Shown: positions 36,601-50,780 of the stretch, in pieces | Layout: each line of letters starts with the position of its first letter | Position numbering within the stretch: the first letter of the stretch is position 1 | Source: Catajapyx aquilonaris | Lineage: Eukaryota | Assembly: GCA_000934665.2 (NCBI GenBank) | Contig: JYFJ02000883.1 | Coordinates: 1 to 64,000, forward strand | DNA: 64,000 nucleotides | Reading direction: 5' to 3' | Made by a program: the position numbers and the translations under genes | Notes under the pieces: generated by a model | What the model saw: the letters and a program-made list of their open reading frames with translations, nothing else | Database searches by the model: none | Told to the model about the DNA's origin: nothing

Positions 36601-39140
36601 GTGTGCAAATGTAACACAAGAAGGTCGTATATTGCAAACAAAAAGAAGGACCTTCCGATCGAAGGTATGTAGAGTGTCCCTTCAGTTTCGTATACAACAA
36701 TATTTTTCTCCTGAAACATAACAAACATTTCAAAAGGTTTGTCATTTGCGTTTTTAAAGAAATGGTATTACCTTAATAGTAAAACGGTGCTCCACTTTGT
36801 TAACAACATCTATCAATAAATCGGCCATAAAAATTGCAGATTTGAGGCTTGCATTTGGAATCGCGTAGAAATCGCCAACTTCTGCCAGAACCAGAAGAGA
36901 CGAATCCGCGCTTTGAAAAGTGATAGTCCTAATTGGACTTCCTTGCTCCTGAATATCATCTTTGACCTGCCTTAAAACTAGTATGTCCGGAAATGACACA
37001 GTCACAAGAATCAACTGCCACTGCAGGAACAAATCCTCCTGAAACCAATGTTTCAATTGAATTCAGTTTGCAAAATAAAATAATACTGGTTCACTGCCAC
37101 AGTCTAGTGCTCAAAATTGTTACAAGTAATTGTTTGAAGAATAACACTAGAGAACAAAATTGAACTTTTCAGCGCATATGAATGCATTATAGAAACAGCT
37201 AAAATTGTTCATGTGCCAAAATCATTGTTGACTAGTGTAATTTCTGGGGTAAACAAATCGTTGAGCCGAAAACTTAGACAGTGCAGCATATAGTGACGTA
37301 CCGTACCGAATTAATAATATTTTTGGCTGTTTTCCAACCACAATGAGATAGAGAGCAGTTGGACAATTCAATATGCTGCTTGTCGTACTCAGTGATGGCT
37401 AAATATAAGTTTTGGAGCCGATTTTTGTTGGTCATCGGAACTGGACTCAGCAATAAGTTTGATCCGTTCTGGCCGAATATTACAACAGACACGAAGGACT
37501 TGTCTGATATGTAGAGTGAAAATTCCATCAGAGCGATCTTGATGTCTCTGTAGTAATCCTGGAAAAAGCGAAGAACACAAAAAATGGTATTATTCACTGA
37601 TCAATACACACATTTTTATACAACTTGCCTTCATGGCGTCGGACACTTCTAGCATCAGTATGTATCCTGGATCTCTCTGCTGGACCACCCTAAAATCAGG
37701 TGCTGTTGATTGCATTTCAGGGATCGGGTTTTGTCTCTTCCAGGAGAAGTCTGAATGGCTCTGGACAACTTCCCATGTGCTGCTTCCCATGCACAAAAGA
37801 TTGTGTTTTGTAGGAGCCTCAGGTACGTGCGTATCGTTGGTACAGAAATGGATTATCTGAGAGAGATTAAAACTAATCGAATCAGGTCATCACACTTGAC
37901 AACAAAGTTCACTCACTGATGGTAATGTTGACGGAAGAAGAAGAGACGAGGTTGCGTTTTCAAAATAATTTGGGATCATCAACTCCTGGGCTCTGTCACA
38001 TGTGCTTTGACACAAAAAATGGAAGAGTGAGTTACAATTTTTGGCACAAAAATGGTCGCTGTACTTACATGTTAGAAACAGCATTTGAGACGTCCATGCA
38101 ACTCGTGAGAGAGCATTCTCTGTACGGATTGTTGTACATTGGTGGGTAAAATCCATCTCCGTCAAAGCCTATTTCGTCATAAACTCCGTAGCGATGTTTG
38201 GCCCATTCGTGAACCAAAATTTTCCCTGCTCATAAAAATGTGTCATCAGCTCATAAGCATATTTTGATCGAAAATTCCACTCATTAAATGCCCAATTATT
38301 ATTTACTTTGAAAAATCTCATTGGCATCCCTGCTGGTCGCCTAAACTGAATGAACCAATTGCATTCAACTGTGGCCAATAATTGTTACTTTTTATTGACC
38401 GATTCTAATCAACTGACCATCAGGGGGTGGCAATGCCGTCTTTTAAAACTAAAGAGCCTTCAGCCATAATTGGCCTTTTTTTTCGTCACGTAGTATAATG
38501 TGCCCTAGAAAGCACCTAACACGTCGAATAATGGGTTAGCTCACATAAACCGGTTTCAGAGCCAGTGTTTCAAAAACATCTATACCATTGTTAGACGTGT
38601 TGTGTACCTTCCAGGATGTGTCTATATAGCTGTGGACATTATGACCATCAGTATGCTAAACTCACCAAGTTGTGAAGCTGAACGTTTCGTGTTCGTGAAC
38701 AATCCTAGTGGCATGTACACTCCGTCTGCTGGTTCTCCGCACAGCCCGTACTGCTTTGTCCATGGCCAGTTTGAAGCCATTGGATTTCCATTGACCAACT
38801 TGAAGTCAGCGTCGTCCCAGTTGGTCCAAAACTCAGGGTACTCGAAGGTGGTGTTGCAAGTCTCACCTTGCTTCCAGGACGGAGGCACCAGGATGGTTAT
38901 GGTCTCGAAAGACGCGTGTCCTCCAGTTGACTTGAGGAGAAGACTGGACGAGTTGGAAAACGCATCTTTCAGAACTTGCAAGAGTGACTCGCAGTCCTTT
39001 GGCGTTATGGTGTCTATCTCCTCAGCGATGGCCACCACCACTCGTTGGTACCTGTCGTCCTGCAGAGGCGCGTGTTTGGCCAGAATAACCACACACAATA
39101 AGCACCACCACAGCAACAGTGTCCAGTTAAGTCGCATCAT
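33675..39140 (-). CDS. CLCA-family protein, copy 3, complete multi-exon gene with TM helix and cytoplasmic tail
   Basis: First exon ~39140-38666 has a signal peptide, YQRVVVAIAEE and PWTKQYGLCGEPA. The next exon has GKILVHEWAKHRYGVYDE. vWA start is YILMLEVSDAM. Later motifs are LLIDDGSG/PDITAGDGIYSAYF, CCGS and DVYPPSRVADL. TM is ICYIIGGVGAFLTLLLVIILIFCYCM and the protein ends RTMSYV-stop. AATAAA on the minus strand at 33515-33520. Confidence 0.9.
35005..35178. mobile_element. Palindromic GC-rich MITE (Mutator/MULE-like) with a 9-bp target-site duplication, in a CLCA copy 3 intron
   Basis: ~55-bp imperfect TIRs (GGGTCTCGGATTTTTCGCCCC...CGTGACA / TGTCACGG...GGGGCGAAAAGTCCGGACCCC), flanked by the direct repeat CATAGACAC at 34996-35004 and 35179-35187. 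Confidence 0.85.
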
Positions 39141-39783
39141 GATGAGCGATGACCCACTCGAAAAATTCCTTCAGAGTCATTAGTCTATACTGGCAGTATT
39201 TCAGACAACAGCAGGCAGCTGCTATGGAAGCCCGAACATACCCTGGCTTTGCCGTAATAGTATTTTCGTTGTAGTCCTTATCGGAGTCCAGCCTATAAAA
39301 CGACCGCGTAGAATCGCTCTTACATTCGCCATGCCATAGATAAGACTTGTTTGAATAAAGAGGCCTTGCGTCAAATATTGTGCTTCGAGACTTTTTAGGT
39401 CTATTCACGACCATGCTGTGCTGCCATTGTAGTGATTTAACTTCAATCGACTTTTCTAGAAAAGTCTGAAAGTATATGGCCCGATGTATAACATGTAAAT
39501 CAATGGAAATAGATGGTCCCAATATTTCACACCTTGTGATAAGAAGTAATTATTATACTGTCTTAGACGAAAGTGTCACATGTAATTTTCCGGCCGGACG
39601 GTTCTTCACAAACGTCAATAACATTTTGACAGTAATAAGCAGTTGCATACTGTAATTTTCTTCAAAATGACAAAAGTCCAACTTGGTATCTGCGATACAA
39701 GGTTTTGTTTTCAGCACGCTATCCATGCTATAAAACAGCGCAAAAAAATATATTCGGAAAATGCAAATCTTATGTCAGTAACA

Positions 39784-42427
39784 ATGGGTCGGCTGGCCAC
39801 TCTTGTGGCTCTATTCACTTGCTCGTCGGCGACAATCATCAGCAGCGGTTATCAAAGATGGCATATGGACAAAAGGCAGTCAGACTGTGTGTATCGGGAG
39901 GTTAAGGTGTTTTCCAAGGTCGCCTGCGGTGCACAATGCGACATAACCAATTGCTCCGGATTCAATTACCGCCAGAATGATTACGAAGCCGATTGTCAGT
40001 TGCTCAGCTGTAACCAGGATTTTGACACCCTGGTATTCGCAAAAGGATGGGAATTGTTTGTGCAAGTTAAAGGTGAGATTTGTTTGCTGTACTTAATTTC
40101 GCACCATTCCATTACTATAGCCTTATTATTTTTATATGTTATTTTATGCATTTGTAGCCTATGTTTTTTTTTGTTATAGTCGAGGCCCGCACCAGTTTGA
40201 AAGAAACCAAGCCCATGAGCAATGGCGTTTTGTTAGAAACGCCAGCAGAATTTGATGCAACAGACGACCTTCAATGCCCAGGTCCCATCCAGCCCAACAA
40301 TGTTACCCCATCAGAAACATTGAGCAATAATTCGCCAACATCGACAGCTCGACATGTCACGACAGTGTCCCCCAAAATTACTGATCAAAAAGCACCGATT
40401 GCAACTCAAGGCCCAACAGGTGCCATACGGACCGAAACTTCTTATCAGGGAACAACGTACACAGGTATATTCAAGGCAACGACTGCGGTATCATCCACCG
40501 GTGCAAACATTAGTCCAAATGTGTCAACAACTGCGGAAACCGAATTGGCACATGTGACTGCAACCACTGCAGAAACTACTCTTAGGCCAAGCACCACAGT
40601 AGTTTCTCCGGTTGATGAATCTGAAACCACTTATCGGGTCACTGATTCTGCGAGTAGCCATACGACTCGGTCGACTGTTACGTCTACTGAACCCAATCCA
40701 AATGAACTAACTTCAGGCGGTGATACTTCAAATGATGCTGCTCATGATGGCACAACTACAGCTGAAATTAAAATCACAAGTAGGCCCACTACAATTCGGG
40801 ACCGACCAGCATCCAAAACTACAACTGATTCATCCGTCACAAATGTACCGCTTAAAACAGCTTCAACTGTGTCGAGAAAAGAGTCCACCAGTGTCAGAAG
40901 TACGTGGCAAAGCACTTTTCTCACCACGGTTCGGAAAATGAGTGATCAAACTACTCAGGTTCCAATCAAACGCACGCAAAATTCAGAGTTGTCGTCTAAA
41001 GTCACGGCGAGTGCGTCAACTGTAATTTCGACAACAGAGAGGACAGGTAAGACCAGCAGTTTGAAGAGCACGAAATCAACCAAATCATCACTCTCGACAA
41101 ATCCATTGACGACCCCATCATCAACAATGCATACAATCTCGTCAATTTCTTCCCAATTGTCAACGAAAACTACAAGATCAGAGGGTCCAACAACTGTCCG
41201 CTTACAAAGTACGGGTACTTCTTCACCAAAGCCTGACAATACCACAACAGCTCGTATGTCAACGCAGCCTAGAAGTTCTTCAACTACTGCTGCAATAAAG
41301 ACCACCAACTCTTCAACAGTGGCGTCGACAGCCACTACTACTTTCCAAACTAATTCAAGTCCCACAACTGCGTCGACTTTAAGTATTTTAACAACTCTTA
41401 CTAATAATGCTACAACAATAGCAACAACACAAAACGCGACATCTTCGTCAACGACAATGTTCCCAACAACATCTGCAACAACTAAAACAAGTCAGCAGTC
41501 AACAAAAACCAATTCGCTGCCTACAACAACTACTGGAAATCCTTCAACACCAATTACGTCTACAACGTCTACGTCTACAAGTACTCAAACTACTGCAGCT
41601 ACATCCACAAGGCCTTCAAGTACAGCACAGACTTCAACAGCTACAAACACTCCAAGTACAACCAGCACTCAAACCACAACAACGTCAACAACAACAACGC
41701 CTACAACAACCATAACTTCGACTCAGTCTACAACACCTACAACATCAACCAAGGCGCCAACCACAACAACGCAGTCAACCACAAGTCCTTCAACTAGCAA
41801 ACCGACAACAAGCACTTCAACAACTCAAACCACAACAACTTCAGCAACAACCACGCCTACGACGACCACCACAACTGAGACTACTACCTCAAAGACAACT
41901 GTAACACCAAGTCCAAGCACAACAACAGACACATCATCCACTCTCACAACCCCAACAACCGAAGCGACCACCAGCAATAGCAATAGTGACAACAATGAGC
42001 CCAGGAGTCGGACTCTTCCTCTCAAGTCGTACCTAATATTTGACGAGTCAAAGAGCAGGAACGATTCAGAGCTAGTTTGCGCAAGTCACAATAACTCTAC
42101 AATAGTTCAGGTGGAAAACCAGGCTGCTCTAGAGGAACTCTATGAGGTCATTCAAGACACTCCTGGAGACGAGTATTGGACAGCTCTCTACAAGAGGAAG
42201 AACGGAACAGTTTGCAATATGAATGGTAATGTAGCCACAATAATTAGTTTCACATTTTAATAATGAAATTTTGTGTTTAATCCGCAGGTATTTGCCCGAG
42301 TGACATTGAAAAACCGGCATTTTCGCTAATGGGTCGCTGCGGTTCGGCCGTAAGCGGAGAAAATCGCAGTAAATGGGGATTGGCTTCATGTGATTCGCAA
42401 AAGCATATAATATGTCAGATTAGATAA
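39784..42427 (+). CDS. Secreted PAN/Apple-like + Ser/Thr-rich mucin stalk + C-type lectin-like domain protein (~824 aa)
   Basis: Exons 39784-40072, 40180-42225 and 42288-42427 join in frame. A signal peptide precedes a PAN-like SKVACGAQC...CSGFNY...CQL segment and a ~600-aa T/S-rich tract. The CTL-like end reads SYLIFDESKS..C..EYWTAL...RCGSAV..KWGLASCDSQKHIICQ-IR-stop. No TM segment seen. Confidence 0.8.
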
Positions 42428-44046
42428 TAATAGCGCCTCAGTTATGATGTTGCGAAAACCAAGTGGCGACAAAGTGTAGAATCCCAATTTTTATGCGTCA
42501 TAAAATTAATTAATCACATTTTTGAATATTTCAACATTGTTACTAGCACTACTGATTTCCACTTTCACCGTTTGGGGTCTCAGGAGCCTCAGCTAGGTTC
42601 CTCAGCTTGCACTGCTTGTGTGCCATCTCATGCCCACCTGTAAAACTACGTGTGAGTTGCTAGCAAGCCCGATATTATTTTCTAACAATATTTTGACCTC
42701 ACTTTTCGTTAAGCCCGTATGCCTGATAGCAACAATGCAGAATGCCACTGATTGATTATTATTCGTAGAAGTGATAGGGAATTGTACACACACAGTTTGT
42801 GCTTCAGAACTTGATATGTTTTATCAACACAGCGGAAATAGTTGTGTCCTAATAGGAAAAATATCGTACCTTGTTATCCAGACTGTGTTGCAATAAAGGT
42901 AGTGTCCATCACAGTTAGCAAGTTTCCCCCCGCAACAATCTGCTTACTAAGCAGCTATTTTAAACACTTATTTTTAGAAGTAGGCAATAGGCCTACAAGC
43001 ATAATTTTCTGGCATTATGAAGTTAAATGTGTGGATGTGAAAGGAATTTCAGCGTGAAAAATGTTATGGAAAATATGGCACAATACCAAAAATTTAATGT
43101 TGTACTATATGTGAATTCCTAAAGAGTAAAATTGCAGCCCAAATTATTGGTTTCCTTTTCAGTCTTATTTCAAAGGGAACTTATTGTAGGAAGGAAAAAA
43201 GTCTGTAAATCAGGGTCTGTTTTATACACAAAAAACTACTGTAGTTATAACACCATTTCAACCCAGAGTATTTCGTCCCTGATATTTTTCTGAAAATTTT
43301 CACAAATATGGAGAATGACATTTTGTCCATTTCCAAATTTAACTCATGTAACTCAAAAAAATGTGCATTTAGGAAATATTCTGCAAACGGATTTGAAACC
43401 AATGTAAAAAAATTTGAAAAGTTCCCTACCAGCTCAATGTTACAAATAAAAATGTTATACTTTGCTTGCCAATGTAGATAGAAGAAGTAAAAATACTGAC
43501 ACATACTACTGTAGTATTATTACTAAATTGTCTTATACCAGTACCAGTGTTTGAAACAATCGATTGCAATATTGCTTATAGAACGCAAGAGGGATCCGTT
43601 TCATTGTGTTCATATATGGCGCCCAAATCTTGGCTTCATCAAAGATGGCGTCTCATCTTACAGCGCTCCTGCGCAGATGTTGCGACAACTACAAGTTTAT
43701 CTTTACAGCAAGAGATGGGGCGAGAACATATTGGCTCCTTCTTCAAGACAATAAACGCAATTAAATGACTACCAATATATATAATTATGGCGTAATTTTC
43801 CGCTGAAACGTTCACTCGCGCGTTATTGATTACTGGACAATTAATAAACTCCAGGTTTAATTAGGTAGTAAATGTCACGGCCATACCAAAACTTGAAGTA
43901 CTCGTCTCAACCTAGTTTCGTTGGTAATTTCACAATCATATCAAACCAATAAGTGAAAAAAAAAGAAAAAAGAAAAATCCTGGCTGTCAAGGCTCAATAT
44001 GAAAGAGCCATACAAGCCAGGCATTTCCCTTAAAAAACCAATAAGT

Positions 44047-44143
44047 GAAAAGAGGCGGTCTCGTACAGTCGTACTGTGCCAGCCCCGTCATAAACCAAAA
44101 TCCAAAGACAAACAAAAAGATGCATTGTTGCTCGCCACCCAAA
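44047..44143 (-). repeat. Inverted partial copy of the dispersed repeat found at 53235-53902 and 55475-56115
   Basis: Reverse complement matches TTTTGGGTGACGAGCAACAAT...TTTGTCTTT.GATTTGGTTT...GTACGAGACCGCC.CTTT. Confidence 0.75.
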
Positions 44144-44250
44144 ATAAGTCGGGTCAATGCTTCATAAATAGACACAATTATTTCAAATCATCGTCCATTT
44201 GTGTGTACTGTATTTAAATAAAATATCTTATTTCCCTTCCTTTTTTGACA

Positions 44251-44354
44251 CCTTGTTCAAACTGAAGCGGAGATTTGACATCCACTGATTATGAATGCCA
44301 TATCTCACTTCCTGGTTCCGATCAAGCAATCCGAGGCACTTGCGAGGCACGCGC
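44251..44354 (+). pseudogene. Relic exon of a third serine-protease paralog
   Basis: CACTGATTATG..CCATATCTCACTTCCTGGTTCCGATCAAGCAATCCGAGGCACTTG matches exon 5 and the following intron start of the downstream proteases (TATCTCACTTCCTGGCTCAGACCAACAAGTCGACGGTACTTG). No flanking exons found. Confidence 0.7.
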
Positions 44355-44706
44355 ATGGTCATGTGCATAATACTATTGCGAAGTTATTCTGTAGCCTACT
44401 TGACACAATTTTTTTTTTAAATCAGAAAGTATGACTGTAACTGCAAGATAAGAAAATACACGTTGAATATTTCTAGTAACTGACAATGTAAGTACCACTC
44501 ACTTATTGTCCTGATCTGAATCTATACCATATAATTTGTATCATCAGGAGCAGGAATAAAAATAACTGATCTCTTGGAGCTTTAGGCATTTAATGAAGTT
44601 AATTTTTAAAACACTCTCCAATAATGTAGCCAAAATTGAATCATGTTGACATTTCCATCATGGAGAGGATTGACATTATGTTGATGGGTACATGAACCTT
44701 ACTTTG

Positions 44707-44743
44707 CTTATCGCGGTTATGTCCACTGATAACAGCTATAAAA
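44707..44743 (+). promoter_or_regulatory. Core promoter of serine protease A: GATA sites plus TATA box
   Basis: CTTATC at 44707, TGATAA at 44727 and TATAAAA at 44737, about 45 bp upstream of the ATG. Confidence 0.55.
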
Positions 44744-44783
44744 AGCGGAAGAAAATCAGAGAATCTTCAATCATTTTTGCACC

Positions 44784-46150
<1,367 letters not shown>

Positions 46151-47084
46151 ATCCGGTTTTTGTATACCATTTTATTTTGTACTGACAATAAATTTTTTTG
46201 GGTTCTACGTAACTGGATGTTTGTCTTATCTCGCTTGGTTATCACATACCACAGGTTATGCGACTCCAGTCGTGTGTGGGATGAAGGCTGACTTCTCAAG
46301 TGACGTTGAAGTGTTTATGGGTTTACATACACGTCACACAGGAAGTTATCTTTGCTACAGATAGTCCGGACATGGCAATATTATTACAAGTAATCAACCG
46401 GAAGATTATCAGACTAAAAATTTTCTTGCGTTTTATTGTCACACCAAAGTTAGCCAAAGTCATGCAATAATTACAAGTGTTTACGAAAATAATCACAATC
46501 TATAGTGTAGGCGACTCACACTGGCGCATATCACTAAAATTGCATCAAAAACAAGGCGGAATATGTTGCGAACTTTATTTGCAATATTAGTAAATCCTGC
46601 TCACACAACCGGCATGCGTCCAGACGATAAAAGGTGGTCTAAGTTCATAAATTATCTTCAAGTATAGTCGTCTCACATATCTCAAAAAAGGCGTATAGTG
46701 ACGTATAGAGGAATCGATACCTGACGCCACATTCAACCTCAGCATGTTTGCAATCCGTATAGACAAGATAACTCCCACAATTTTTAGAAGGCCTACTCCC
46801 AAATTAGTCCTGCACGTCAGACAAAATGTGTAGAAACTGTACAGGTAACCAAGGTGTAGATGATATAACCACCCTCGTGGGAGTAAATAGAAGGGGATGG
46901 GTTCGATCATGATCGGAGACTATAAAACCCCTCTTGAGAATATAAATATAAGTTGCTGACGGTGTCTCCCTGGCGGGCGATCACTATCCTGATAACAAAT
47001 CTCTTACGTTTGACGCTGGGGAGATATAACTAGACTACTGTGTATATATATCTCTGGAAGAAGACACAGCTACTTTGATTCTGC

Positions 47085-48610
<1,526 letters not shown>

Positions 48611-50780
48611 CTTATTCAATAATGAATCTTCATACGCAATAAAATATTTTTTTGGGTAAAAGGAAAACTGGGTGTTTTAGTCCTTACTTCACATTTTCTT
48701 ATCAACCGCGATGGGTAGGCCTACACACACACACATGTGTGGATGGGCTTGTGTGCAATCACAGATGAGGTTGTCAACGTCACTCTTAATAGCGCCATGA
48801 TAAGAAAAAACATGACGTTACCATTACTGTCAACCCTTCCCGGAAATACACACATCCAACAGTCACGACTATGACAACATTCACTTCGGAGCCATATGCC
48901 ACTAAACATTTGGTTAAAAATTATTATGTAAATATTGCATAATTATCAGCAGTAATATGCTGGACAATACAAATAAATCGGCAATTCATTTAGGAATTGT
49001 CTGTAATTATTGCAAACTTCTATAATAGGATAAATGATACAAAATTCGGCTTTCTGATTGGATTGTCATTATCCGAAAGTTAATTATTGTGAGGAAAAAA
49101 TATCTTAACACCTTATTCCGCTTCAGATACCTTCCAATTTCCATTTCAAGCCGCATTATCGAGGTGCTATAATTAGCTCTTCAAACGAGAGCATGAATTT
49201 GCATCGCAATCAAACCCACCCACAAAATGAGATTAAACCTATCTCGCTCAATTGAAAATCTGGTTAAGGGCCCGGTACGGAAATAAATCCCAAGAACAAA
49301 GGAGAACAATAGGGTGCGTCACCATCTAAGAATCCTCGAGATTACTGGTAATGAGGCCACAGCCATAAAAACGCATGAAAAAAACCACCACCCCCTCTAT
49401 TCATATACCTATACGTAACACTGCAAGCCTCAGATTTGGCCGGGATCATAAATAAGTAATAGCTCCTTGAAAAGGCTCAGTTTTGCAGCACCCGCACGCA
49501 TCGTAAGTATACCTTTAAAGTCTCCCTTATAAGTTTTACCAGAAAAAAAGAAGAAGTTGCAATCGCATGGACCAGAAATTGAATTTTTTCTTCCATCACA
49601 AGTTTAAAGGCAATAAACCCAATCGGGTGTTGTGTAGGAATAAATAACTCTAATCGAGTGCGCGCTTCATTGTCAAGGGCTTTTCTCGCATCTATTTTTT
49701 AGGATGCTGGCGAGACCTGATAAGTATGGCTGGTTAAACCCAAAACCACTTGTGGCAGGGCCATTGATTGGAAGCAAAATCGAATCTCCTCTGTCTCTTT
49801 TCCGGGGCTTACTGACCCGTACACCTTGCCTTCAAACCTCATTCCGGACACCCTTTTTTTTTGTGCGTCACCCGGATTATATTTGGTAGGGATCCGGCCC
49901 TCCTCCAGTATATATACCAGGTACTTTGCCATTGGGCTGGTCAGGTTCCTCAGGTTCTTCGGATCGTCTGGAACTCATCGTCTCAACAGCCTTTTAGGTA
50001 AGAAAGCATTGTTGTGTACAAATAGAGTCCAACCAACGCTTGCTATAAAACAATGTGCATGGGTAGTCAAAAAGTCTCGTTTCATATAAATTAAAATACT
50101 ATCCTTTATATGGGACGGGACTTTCCGGGTACTCTGCACTTATGCACCGATTGAATTACTTCGAGCAACTGTGTGTGGTATGTGCATGTTTGTTTTGCAG
50201 TGTAATTTTTTTATAAAAGTTTAGTTTCGATGGGCCAAGTCATCATAAGGAAACGATCTGGTCGCTAGAGTGAACAATAACATGTGCAAATAATATCACG
50301 TGAGAATTACGCTACAATCAGTACAAAACACCCTGTAATGTAATTCTCAACAATGGCCAGAATTATTGGTAATTTATTGGCGATTAAGCTCATTATTGGT
50401 TTTGCAAGTGTGCTACTTGCAATTATGTTAAATTTTTGCAGTTTTTGATTGCAGTTTTTTTATTGTTTGTTATCAGTGTTGAAAATAAAAGCCTTTTGTT
50501 CAATGCGTTCGTTTTTTAATGCTTTCGAAGTGTTCGTGTGAGCTGTAAAAAAAATTATGAGTTGGCGCAACCAGCAGCATGCAAAAGATAAGTAACGAAC
50601 AATGTGTGTCAACAAAAGTTTTCGGACAATGCTATCTTGGGGAGTTGTATTACATATACAATAATCATGACGATTTGTACTGCTTATGCTGATGGTAATT
50701 GTCCGAATCTTTTTTTTTGCATTTCTGCAATATTGTTATATGCTGCACAATTCTGTACATGAACGAATTTTCAGACAACA

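Noticed and set aside
39127..39522. 131-aa minus ORF with a Cys cluster, vaguely SWIM-finger-like
   Set aside because: No complete motif, a non-ATG start, and it overlaps the expected 5' UTR/promoter of CLCA copy 3.
40354..42025. Alternative-frame and antisense Val-rich ORFs within the mucin exon
   Set aside because: Shadows of the ACA/ACT-rich Thr codons.
46855..46990. Possible tRNA or tRNA-derived SINE (GGTTCGATC B-box-like)
   Set aside because: No cloverleaf or convincing A box; too degraded to call.
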